A stretch of 64,000 nucleotides of DNA from Blepharisma stoltei ATCC 30299 (taxonomy: Eukaryota; Protista; Ciliophora), in contig CBFDEM010000001.1 of NCBI GenBank assembly GCA_965603825.1, positions 620,001 through 684,000 of the forward strand, written 5' to 3'. The translations under genes were made by a program, and so were the position numbers. Position 1 is the first letter of the stretch; each line of letters starts with the position of its first letter. This document shows, piece after piece, positions 24,672-35,892 of the stretch. A model generated the notes under the pieces. It worked only from the letters and a program-made list of their open reading frames with translations. It was not told where the DNA came from and ran no database searches.

Positions 24672-26804
24672 TTACATATAAAATTTCTTAAGAGTACTTA
24701 GAATTTTCTCAGGAGAGCAAGGCTTTGGTAAAAACTCAACCATGCCACTTTGGTAGCACAGCTTTATGTCATCATCTGAGCAGTAAGCTGAATGCCCAAC
24801 TATCTGTGGTAAATATTTAATCTTGCCTTGCCTATACAGTTGATTAATATACCTCGAAGCTTCCCACCCGTTCATTTCAGGCATTTCACAGTCCATCACA
24901 ATCAATTTATACGGTTTGTCCACACAGTCTTTTTCTATTACCTTCTCAACCGCTTCTTTTCCATTAGACGCTTCATCATAATTAACTTCCCCACTTTTCA
25001 ATATTGAACCCAAGACCTCCAAATTGAATTCCATATCGTCAACAATCAAAACGTCCTTTCTCTCTTCTTTTTTGGAATAAAATTTCCCTATTCTGAAAGG
25101 TAAAACATTTTCACTGTCATTTGACTCTATTCTATAAAGAATTTCACTTGGCAAACTTTCTTCAAAAATGTCGACTTTAAAGTAAAAGGCTGACCCTTTT
25201 CCGATATTGGACTGAACTTTAATAGACTTATTTCCAAGCTGTCTGCTTAAAAGATTTGATATATAAAGGCCAATTCCGTTTCCTTTTGGGCCGAGGTTGG
25301 GGACATTAGAGGTTTTCATAAACCTAAACGTGTTTTTCATTGCTGTTTCTTCGATTCCAATTCCTGTATCCTCAACACAGCATTTCATTAAGTTTTTTGT
25401 TGTAAGGGTGCAGGTTATTTCAATTTTGCCTTCTAAAGTATATTTTATAGCATTGCTTACCAAGTTCAAGAGAACTTGGCTCAGCCTCATATGGTCTGTA
25501 TAAATCATCTCCGGCAGACTTGGATCAATTCTATAACAAATATACAAATTTTTCTTTTCAGCCTGAAATTTAAATAAATCGCAAACATTCTGCACAATTT
25601 CCCTCAAATTGCAATAATTTTTATGAATTGAAAATACTCCAATCAAAATTTGTGAGTAGTCCAATAAATCGCTTATAAGAGACAGCATTTGCTGGCCTGA
25701 AATCGAAATCATCATCAATTTTTTTACCTCTTGGTCACTTCAAGTATGTGAGCTGCTAATCAAATCTCCTGTAAAATGAAGGATCGAGTTCAGCGGAGTC
25801 CTCAACTCATGTGAAACAGAGCGCAAAAGCAAAGTTTTCATTTGGTCACAAGCAACCTTCTTTTCAAGCTCTATTCAATGATTTACATCTCTGACTGTAA
25901 GAAATACTGCTTTACGATTTTCCCACTCAATTTGTATGGATCTTCATTCTAAATTTGACGAGCTAATTAAAGTAACTCCAAGGATAATTTCAGACTGCTG
26001 GGTGTTATTCAATAGGTAGGAAATGTCATCAATTAAATTATTCGTTGGGATGAAATTGGAGGCTTTTCTGTTTTCTATGTAATGAGCTGATTTGAGAGTC
26101 TCGATAAGGTTTTCGGAGGAAGTGCTTAATAGTTGAAGGGCTCTTGGGTTGAAGAACTCAATTGTGATATCTTGTGAAAGTATTATGATTCCATCAGAAA
26201 AGGACTCCTTAATTGTGTTTAGACGGTTTTTGGAAGTTTCTAATTCACTTCGGTATGAAAATTTTTCACAAGCGATATCTTTACTGTGGGAGTAGATAAT
26301 ATTCAAAAAGCAAATAATCACAAATATCATGTGGCAGCAATAGAATATTCTAGTTTGCTCGTCTTCAAAGAAAATATCATTAATATACCACACGTACATA
26401 AACTTTAAAAGCAAAATATTGAATAAAAGCTTGCTTTGGGTAATTGTCAGCTGAAACGAAAAAACCACAAGGAAAGCAATAGTCTCAATCAGTTGGCTTT
26501 GATCATCTTTCATAAAGTTCGCAATATAACTTAAAAGGAAATTCAGGACCTCTGAATATGAGAGTAAAACCAAAGACTTGCATTTGGCTCTCTTGGTAGA
26601 AAAAATTTTCACTATAGTGGATGAAAAGGTGCCTGTCACAAGAACGCAGATTCAGCCAGGAGAAGAATAGTATTCAAAGTTATAAATTAAAGAGAGAGTC
26701 CAAAACAGCACACTTATAAGCGTTGAGAATAAAGTAAATCTCTCTAGAAGTTTGTAATAATTTTCAACCTCTTGCTCCCATCATAAATCGTCTATTTTAG
26801 TCAT
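24672..26804 (-). CDS. Membrane hybrid histidine kinase HK3, 710 aa
   Basis: MTKIDDLWWEQE start (TGA TGG); SVSHELRTP; NLVSNAIKYT; DTGIG; GNGIGL; intact receiver. Confidence 0.9.
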
Positions 26805-27448
26805 TTTTATTCTCAATTTTTACAGTCAGTATTTTGGTTTGTATTATCGGATGAAATTAATTTCTTTAAAAGGAATGCATAAAAATTATCAGACAAAAAT
26901 TAAAGCTTGCTTTTAATACTTTAAAAATATAATTATGAGGAGTTAGTATTAATTTTAAATTCCAAATATTTTATTAAAGAATATAAAATTATTTGGTTTT
27001 ACGAAAATATTTATACTGTTCTTTTATAATAAAAATTGGATTGAATTAAATTTTTATTTTTAGAAAAATCAGCAAAATTCATCCTGATAGAATTCAAGGT
27101 TAGAATTTTAATAATTCAGAGATTTATAGTTAAAATTTTATAATGGGATCAACTATTCAATCATTTATGAATTTTTGCGCTAAAATTTAATAAAGCTTTT
27201 CTTTATTGAATTTCTGAAGAGCAGACTTTTATATGATGCATTAATTTATGATACTTCAAATAATTTAAAAATTCCCCTTACTTTATCATCAAGTTTTCAT
27301 ATTATAAAAACAGATGCAAATATCATTATTATCTTTTATTAATGCAATACAACAATTTTAATTGAAAATTAAAAAGTTGTCCATTTATTTGATGATTAAA
27401 AATAAGCTGAAGTTTCTTATAATTACAAGTAATAAATATACCTGAAAT

Positions 27449-28983
27449 ATGGAAAAGCTCTATTCTCAATGGTGAAATGAAGAAGTAAACGAAAAATTAC
27501 CAAGTTTTGAAACGATATGCTTATTATCTGTGGTTTATCGGACTTGCCATATGGATAATATTTATTATTCTTTTCCCTCATCAGATCTTTAGCAAAAGCT
27601 CACCCTATTTTTTCATTCATTCTACCAATTGTCTTTTGACAGAAAAGGCTATATAGCAAAATCGTGATTTTCGATTTTATTTTCTGAAATAAACTGCTAT
27701 TTTTTGTGAACCCAGGGTAACTCCTTATGAAAATTCCAAGAGATATTGTTTGAGATCTTATCATTTGTGTTTATACATAGTTTTGAACTACCGTTTATAC
27801 AGACAAGCTTGGCGAAAAGCCTAATTATTTCTTAGAACCCCTATAAACGCAATAGCATTTATAGCAGATGACCTTATGGTTGAGCCAACTATCATGCAAA
27901 AAGTGTCAAATTTGGAAAAACTGAGGATGATATCTTTGTCATCACAATTGTTAGTTTCCATTGTAAATGACTTGGTGGATTATTCAAAAATGCTTGCTGG
28001 GGTTTTTACTATACAAAAAGGCATATGCTTGCTGGAAAGTATTATAAATAATGTGGCGCAGCTCATCAAAATCCAAGCAGAAACGAAATTAATACAGTTA
28101 TAACTAGAATTGACCCAACTTTGCCTGAATATATTTTTACTGATTCTTTAAGACTAAGCCAAGTTTTACTGAATTTGCTAAGCAATTCACTAAAGTTTAC
28201 ACTTAAAGGGAAAATCGAGGTTATCTGCATCAGAGAAAATGAATCCAGGCTAAAAATCATTGTTAAAGATACTGGTATAGGCATTCCCAGCGACAAAATC
28301 CATACCCTTTTCCAAGAATTTGAAAGTGGATATATACCTGCTATAAATCCACAAGGACGTGGGCTTGGATTATTTATTTGAAATAGAATAGCCAAAGAAC
28401 TTGGAGAAAATAGCATTGAAGTCCAATCGGTTGTTGGAAAAGGTTCCATATTTAGTTTTTCTGTAAATATTTTAGATCATTATATTCAAGAAACACCAAC
28501 TTATGAAGAAGACACAGAAGCAGTTCCTATTTGTGAGGATTGAATAAACTGCTTAAATGATTTTAATTCAGTTTTACATTCCAAAATAAATCCTCGTGTG
28601 CTTATAGTTGATGATAGTGACATAAGCAGAATGCTTCTTGGCAATCTGTTGAAACAAAATAATATTTACTATGAAGAAGCGTGCACTGGAATCGGGGCAA
28701 CCAAAAAAGTTAAGAAAAAAAATGATATGAATCGACCTTTTAAAGTTATTGCTTTAGATGGACGCATGCCTGATCTTAATGGGTGAGACGCAAGCAGAGC
28801 AATAATTAAGATGTATTTTGATGGGGAAATTAATGCTTTGCCTGCTATGATTGGATATACTGCACTTAGCTCTGAGGCTGATATTAAGATATGCTTGGAG
28901 TCTGGAATGCAAGAATGCTTAGTAAAACCTTGTAACCGGAGACATTAGTCAAAACCATTTTAAAATATCTGAATATGCAATAA
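27449..28983 (+). pseudogene. Hybrid histidine kinase pseudogene HK4 (HK1/HK5 subfamily)
   Basis: Starts MEKLYSQWWNEEVNEK then frameshifts. A ~0.6-kb deletion near 27830 removes the PAS region and H-box His; further frameshifts near 28090 and 28938. Confidence 0.85.
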
Positions 28984-29588
28984 AAATAAGTTAGATTATT
29001 TTTATAGCTTTCTTTAAAGTAATGTTTTTGAAACAGATAATTAATTTTTAAAATGGTAAAACCAATCAATATGAATTGAAATTCTATGCTCTCTTTGTAA
29101 GCTTTCTCTTCTAATAGCCTCTTAACGTTAATATATGCCACTTCTCAAAAATAACTTTTCTTTTAAAATTAAAATGCTTTTCTTTGCATTAAAAATGCTG
29201 CTCATCTCATAGGTAATTGTTAGTCTTTTTATCAATTTAAATTTTAAAACATTAATTTGATATATTTTTAAAGTAAATTGGGGATGCTAACCAACAAAGA
29301 ATTTAAAAGTTTAATTCCTAAGGGATTTATTTTAATTTCTTTACAATAAACCTTCAATCCCTTTAATTATATTCTAATCTAGAGTTTGCCTTTAAAAGGC
29401 TCTGTGCTATTCCTGCAAATACTAAAAAAGAGCCTTTTTTTCTTAGACACTGATCCATTATAAATGACTATTCCAGAAATGTTAGAAAATTTCATGTTGA
29501 TACTGAATTCGAAACAACTTATGTTTTTATAAATTATGATCATTCTTTTCAGCTAATTAAAATAATAATAATATAATAATATTGTTTT

Positions 29589-31754
29589 ATGGAGGTAATT
29601 TATCATCAATGGTGGGAAGAAGAAGTAAACGAGAAATATCAAGTTTTAAAGCGATACTCTTACTCTTTGCTATACTTCTCTGCATTTATACTTTTATGTG
29701 TTATAGTTTTTGTTCAAGGCGGCATTGATATGGCTATATTACACATACCTTATTTGCTGATTCACTCCATCAGCTGCAGTCTTGTATGTTTTTTTGGCAA
29801 AAAAGGTTATCTAGCAAAATCACTATTTTCAATAACTTTTTCTGAGCTAAATTGCCTCATATTATGAAGCCAAGGGCAAAATGAGTGGAAACCAGAGCAA
29901 ATTTTATTTGAGATGCTTTCACTGATATTTATAATCAGTTTTGAACTTCCATTTGTCCAAACTCGCTTGATGAAAGGAGTCATTATATCAAAACATTTAT
30001 ACTTATGGCATTATAGAAAATACTTAACCAATGAGATTTTATTTTTTGAAAGAGACCACATGCCTCATATGGTATCATTTCTGATTATTTTCCTGTATAA
30101 TACAAATTCTTATTTTTTGAAAAATAAATCATATGAGAGGTTTATTTCAAGGAAAAATCTTGAAAACACTGAAAGTAGACTGAGAGTTATTTTTAATTTG
30201 ATTACTGATGGGATTTTGGTGCTTTCTGAGAATAAGGAAATATTATTTTCAAATCATAACTTAAAAAAACTGCTAGATTGTGAGATTGATGAGATTGTTG
30301 AATTAATATCGGAAATTGAATTTTCAGAAGGAAAAAAGTATTCACTGCTGTCAGAGTCAAATAGACTTATAGATCACATCAATTTGATCCCAAATTTAGT
30401 ACTGGATACTGAGATTATGCTTGGACTAAGTAAGTCAGAACAATTCAATCTAGAATGGAGAGGACAAAAAGTTGTTTGGGAAACACATCAAAGCATTCTA
30501 ATTATAGTAAAAAATGCAAATACAATTATTCAATTCGAAAAGGCCAGCTCAGAGAATATGCTGAAAAATATTTTATTAAGATCAGTGTCCCATGAACTGA
30601 GAACCCCTATCAACTCAATATCATTTATCATCGAAGAGCTAATGGGTGACTATGATATATCTAAAAAAGTTGAAAACCTTGAAAAACTGAAAATTGTTTC
30701 AGTCTCAGCCAAACTTTTGATATCTCTCGTAAATGATTTACTGGACTACTCCAAAATGATAGCCGGTGTTTTTGCTATCCAAAAGTCTAAATCCAAACTT
30801 TATGACATAATAAATAGCTGCTTACAGCTTGTCAAAATTCAAGCCGAGAAAAAAGGAATTCAAGTTCTTGTAAGAATCGATCCAAGACTCCCAGAATATG
30901 TATTTACTGATGCTTTAAGGCTAAGCCAAATATTGCTAAATCTCTTAAGCAATGCCTTAAAGTTTACTATTAAGGGCAGAATTGAGCTTGTGTGCTTATT
31001 CGATGCAAATTCAAAGCTTAAAATAATGGTAAACGACACAGGAGTTGGAATCAGCGAGTCAAAGAAGCAATGGATTTTCGAAGAATTTAACTCAGACATA
31101 AGTTTAAATATAAACCCAGAAGGCTGTGGTCTTGGCCTTGTAATTGCAAATAAAATTGTCCAAGAACTTGGAGGAAACCCTATTGAAGTCATCTCTCAGA
31201 CAGGAAAAGGCTCATCTTTCATTTTCTCAATAGACATCTTTGAAAATCCTCCCAATCTTCAGATACTTTCTGATGATTATTTTTCAGACTCTCAGGTTTG
31301 ACTTGACGAGTGCTTAACTGCCTCAATTGCTGATTTTGAGTCTGCTATAGCAGAAAATAAAAATGCACAAGTTTTGATTGCAGATGATAATGACTTTAAT
31401 AGGATGATTTTAGGGACTCTTCTTAAACGCAAAAATGTTAATTATCATGAAGCATGTACAGGAGGAGAATTAATCAAGAAAGTACAAGAAAGTGATTCTA
31501 TGGGCAGAGCTTATAAGGTTGTAGTTGTTGATGGAAGTATGCCTGAGCTAAATGGTTGGGAAGCTACTCGGAAAGTCATAGAGCTATACTTTAATGGAGA
31601 AATTAAATTTTTACCTGCAATGATTGGGTATACAGCATTTAGTTCTGATAGTGATATTAGGCTATGCTTGGAATCTGGGATGGAAGAAGTACTGACTAAG
31701 CCATGCTCTCCTGAAATACTCACACAAACAATTCTGAAATACCTTTATAAATAG
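29589..31754 (+). CDS. Membrane hybrid histidine kinase HK5, 721 aa, inverted paralog of HK1
   Basis: Three track ORFs joined through TGA at 29865 and 31299. All H, N, G and receiver motifs intact; TAG stop. Confidence 0.92.
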
Positions 31755-31931
31755 TTAATTTTTCTGATTGATAGATTTAAAACACTTTTAATATAATTTA
31801 ATTATTTTTGCATTTGTGATATTAATTTGCAAATCAGCTTAGACTTTTTGGTTGAGATTAAGCATGAACCAATATCGATTAAAATTTATAAAAAGTAAGG
31901 TATTATATATGTTTTGAAACGAAAATCTTAG

Positions 31932-32575
31932 TTTAAATTTACCCATGAAGGAAAAATCCGGCCATTTGTCTTAAAACAGCAAAAACTACGATGAAGTGTT
32001 GTGTTGGAGACACCGGGTCTGGCGTTCGCTTAGAAGAGATAAGAAAAATGATAAAGAAATCGACCCTTTAAATATTCCTAATCCTGGGCCAAGAGAAATG
32101 GATTTGACCTATATATATTAAATCTATTGATTATTCAATTAGATGAGAACTTCATAAAAGTAAAATGCAATTCTGGAAAAGGCTCAATTTTTTATTTCAA
32201 TATTAACATTTATGAGGACTTCAAGCTATCCATTGAAAATACCGAAGCATGCACCAATGAGAGTATTTTACCTATAACAATATCAAGCTATGTCCATTCA
32301 AAAAGCTTTAAAAAAGACATCTTATTATCTTATGTGGACGATTTAGAATTTAATTTAGAAATGCTAGGATCCAGCTAAAATCTTATGATTTTGAATACGA
32401 TGAAGCGAATAATTGAAGAATAGCTGTGGTAAAAATAATAAGAAAGGATTCCTCTGATTTACCATATAAAGTGGTTGCTATGGATTGCGAAATGCTTGAA
32501 ATTAAAGAAGGAGAAGGATCGTCTTATATTGATTAGCAGGAAAGACAAGGGAAAATTCAGCATCTACTTTATATA
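31932..32575 (+). pseudogene. Degenerate inverted copy of the HK2 3' half
   Basis: tttaaatttaccca..gacaccgggtctggcgtt..ggattgcgaaatg matches the reverse complement of 22140-22786, with multiple indels. Confidence 0.88.
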
Positions 32576-32594
32576 TAAATTAAATTATTATTTT

Positions 32595-35477
32595 TTATAT
32601 CAGATGTCTTTTTGAAAAGAAATCCAACAACTCCCTATTTTTTTCACTAATTACAGCTCTAGATAATGATATATCAAAAGCAACTAGCTCATGCTTCTTT
32701 AATGACCACTCTAGGCAGGTCAAACTTTCTTCTTTTGAATCATCATACAAGTGCTTTATATCCCAGAATTTTATTGTCATATCTTCGCTGCAAGATATAA
32801 TCTTTTTGCCGCATAGAGAAAAATCAAAGGAGTTGATAATTCCCAAGTGCCCTTTCAGAATATAAACCAACATTCTTTTTTCAAAATTTCACAAGTCAAT
32901 AGTAAAATTCAAATTTATGGCAGCTAGCAAAGATCCGCAAGGAGAAAATTTTAATTGTGAGTAGCTTAGAGTGCTTGATCCGTAAAGTCTAATTTCTTCT
33001 TCTGGAGAGTTTACATGACAAACAGTAACCCAACTGCATGGATTTGTCGTAAAGGCAAGGTAATTTTGATAGGGTGCAAAATCAATTGAGGCTAAATGGA
33101 GATTAGAAAATTCATTTGGCTTTATTTGAATCTGGGAAATAAATTCCCCAGTTTTAACATTTCAGAATCTAATAACTCTGCCACTGCTGGCAGATGCAAG
33201 TATATTAGAATTGCAAGAAAATGCTAGACATTTCATAGCTTCACAGTGTGCATTTTTACTTGTCGAGGAATTTATTTTGCATATCAGCTTATTTGAGTAT
33301 AACTCAGCTATTTCAATGCGGCCATCAATAAAACCGAGTGCAATAAGACTTTCTCTAGAAATCACAAATGAGCTAACTCCCAGCGGATAATTTCTAACAA
33401 ATTCTACAGTTGATCTATACAAATGAAGACCACAAGAGCTGGACAGAACAAGATAGTTTCCACATGGAGTAAAAGCAAAAATAGGATTTATCTCCAATCC
33501 AAAATACCAGTTAATTTCCCGGACCGCTTGTTTATTTTTGCAGCTTCATATTTCAATCAGGCCAGCGGCACTTTCTCTTGATATTAATGCAAATTGATCT
33601 TTATTTGGGGTCCATACAACCATAAAAGAAGATTTTCTGATGACTATTTCTGGGTTTTTGGATGATGGGTTTTTGTATTTTCATGATATAGCATACTCAT
33701 TAACTATTGCTAATTTATCATCATTAGGAGAAAAAGCGATCTTAGGGGGATTTCAAGGTTTTATCAGAAACTGAAAGGTAAAGACCTGACTCTCGATGTC
33801 AAAAATTTGCACAAGCCCATTCCTATTTGAAACAGCTATAAATTTTGCGCATGGAGATAGAGCTCAATCATAAAAGTCACTGGTTAAATCACTAAATAGT
33901 GTTTCTTCTTCTTTTTTTTCTAAATTTCATATAAAAATTATTTTATTGCTTGAAGCAAATATATATTTTTCATTTTGTGATAATACTGCTCAAGCGAGCC
34001 CATACTTTGATTTGAGTTTTCATACTAATTGCTTATTATTGACAGTTCTAATAACTCCTAATTTATCTATGACAGTTTTTTTCTTTGGGAGATTAATATT
34101 TCATATCAAAATCAAGCCTCAATAGCTTGTAGATATCAAGTAGTTCTTGGTAAATGCAAGAGAAATCACAGGAAAATCATGCCCACATAAGTACCTCACT
34201 TGTGTCTTTGTGTTTATATCTCAAATTTTGATATTATTATTGCTTAGCCCCACCGCAAACCATGTACTGCATAACGAAAAAGCAAAAGAACAAATACCTT
34301 CTGTTATTCCATCAAAAGTATGGACAACCAAACCAGAAATTTTTGCATTACATAATGTTACTTTATATTGATGGACTATCGCCAAATAATTTCCACAAGG
34401 TGAATATTCACAACGGTAAACTATATGATCAGTGGGGTAGGTTTTCACTATTTCCTGGTTGCTAATGTCACATATGAAAATTTCAGTTTGGTTTTCTTTC
34501 CAGAGGACTATGTATTTCCCACAAGGAGAAAATTTTACTATATTGCCTGCAGTTTTAATAGGGCTTAAAAAGCTTTCGCTAAATTCAGCTCCAGCCAAGT
34601 AGCAGTCATTAAAATTGACTGAGTAAAGATTTGAGTTTGCAAAGTTTACGTTCGTAAGGTCGCTTACTTTGAAATTTGTGCCGATGATAAGGGAGCTTGA
34701 TAAATCTGCTCCAGGGATTTTTATGCCTGTTAAGTTTTTATGAGATAATGAACAGCCAAGGCGGTTTAAGATTGTAATGGCGTTGCTTGATCCTTGAGAT
34801 ACTTCTGTAGATTCTTTAGAGAATAATACCAAATTAAATAGTCCATCCTGCAACTTTTTTGATAGAATATTTTTTAAGATGTCGCAAATCTCAGGGTATT
34901 TTTTGATGTCAATTTTGTTGAAATAAGAATCTCTAAAAATTTCAATGTTTTTCCATTTCGAAATATCTTGAGATATCAAATAAGCTAACTTCTCATCGAA
35001 ATTGCGTATAGTAAATTTGCATGTTTTTTCATGATTTTTAATATAATGTATGAAATAGCACTTGCATCCAGATTGGCTGCATTTTATGCAGTACTGATTT
35101 TTTGATTTTGAAAAATCATTAAGGGTAATATTTACCAAATTTCTTTTCTTGATGAGTCTTAAGGATAAACTGCTTCTCAATTTAATAAAGCAAGATTGTA
35201 TTTCTTTATCAATTTTATTCAGTTTAGGATTGAGTAGTGATAATTTTGATTCAGAAAAGTTTTCGAGGCTTTTATTTATTGTGGATTTATTATTTTCCTT
35301 TAATCTTTCTCGAGACTCTAAAATTGATGAGTCAAATATAGAATTAGCGATGTGAGGATATTTATTGATCTCTGACAAATGGGATTCAAAGTGATCAGCA
35401 CATATAAGGGTCCCTTTAGTTGAGCAGCTGCATATTAAAAGTGGGAAACTGCTACAATCTTCGATATAGCAAGCCAT
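32595..35477 (-). CDS. Zn-finger-like / pentapeptide-repeat / WD40-repeat protein A, 960 aa
   Basis: Single frame with 12 TGA=Trp. N-terminal CYIEDC..ICSC..LICADH..H, then SNAITILN..GIKIPGADLS..SDLTNVNFANSNL, then FSPCG-type WD40 repeats. Confidence 0.88.
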
Positions 35478-35892
35478 TTTTTGATTATAAAATGTTATTT
35501 AATTATATTTTTGCTTATCTTTTAAAGCTAGTTGCTAGAATTATATTTTTCCAATCTCAAAATTTGCAATTATTAGCATCTAGTAATATATTTTTAGTTT
35601 AAGCAAGTCAAAGCAAGTAATTAAGCTGATATATTTATGCTGATTTATATTTGCTGCTCTTTTTAGCATGCTATATAAAGACTTCTGACTTCAGCTATAA
35701 TCAAAATAAATTGTTTTTGGAGCAAATCTTAATGATGAGTAAAGTTTTATTGCATTATTCATCAAAGTTAATAATTTCTTCAAGCAATTTCCATTACTGT
35801 ATAAAATCTCCTTGAATCTTCGAAACGTTTTTATATATTGTGATGATCCAATATTTTAAGAGTTTCAAGCTCGTTTATAAATTATTATATTT

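Noticed and set aside
24155-26835. AGTCAGTA motif about 20-25 nt upstream of the HK2 and HK3 starts, with similar words near a few other starts
   Set aside because: Too short and inconsistent across genes to support a promoter call without enrichment statistics.
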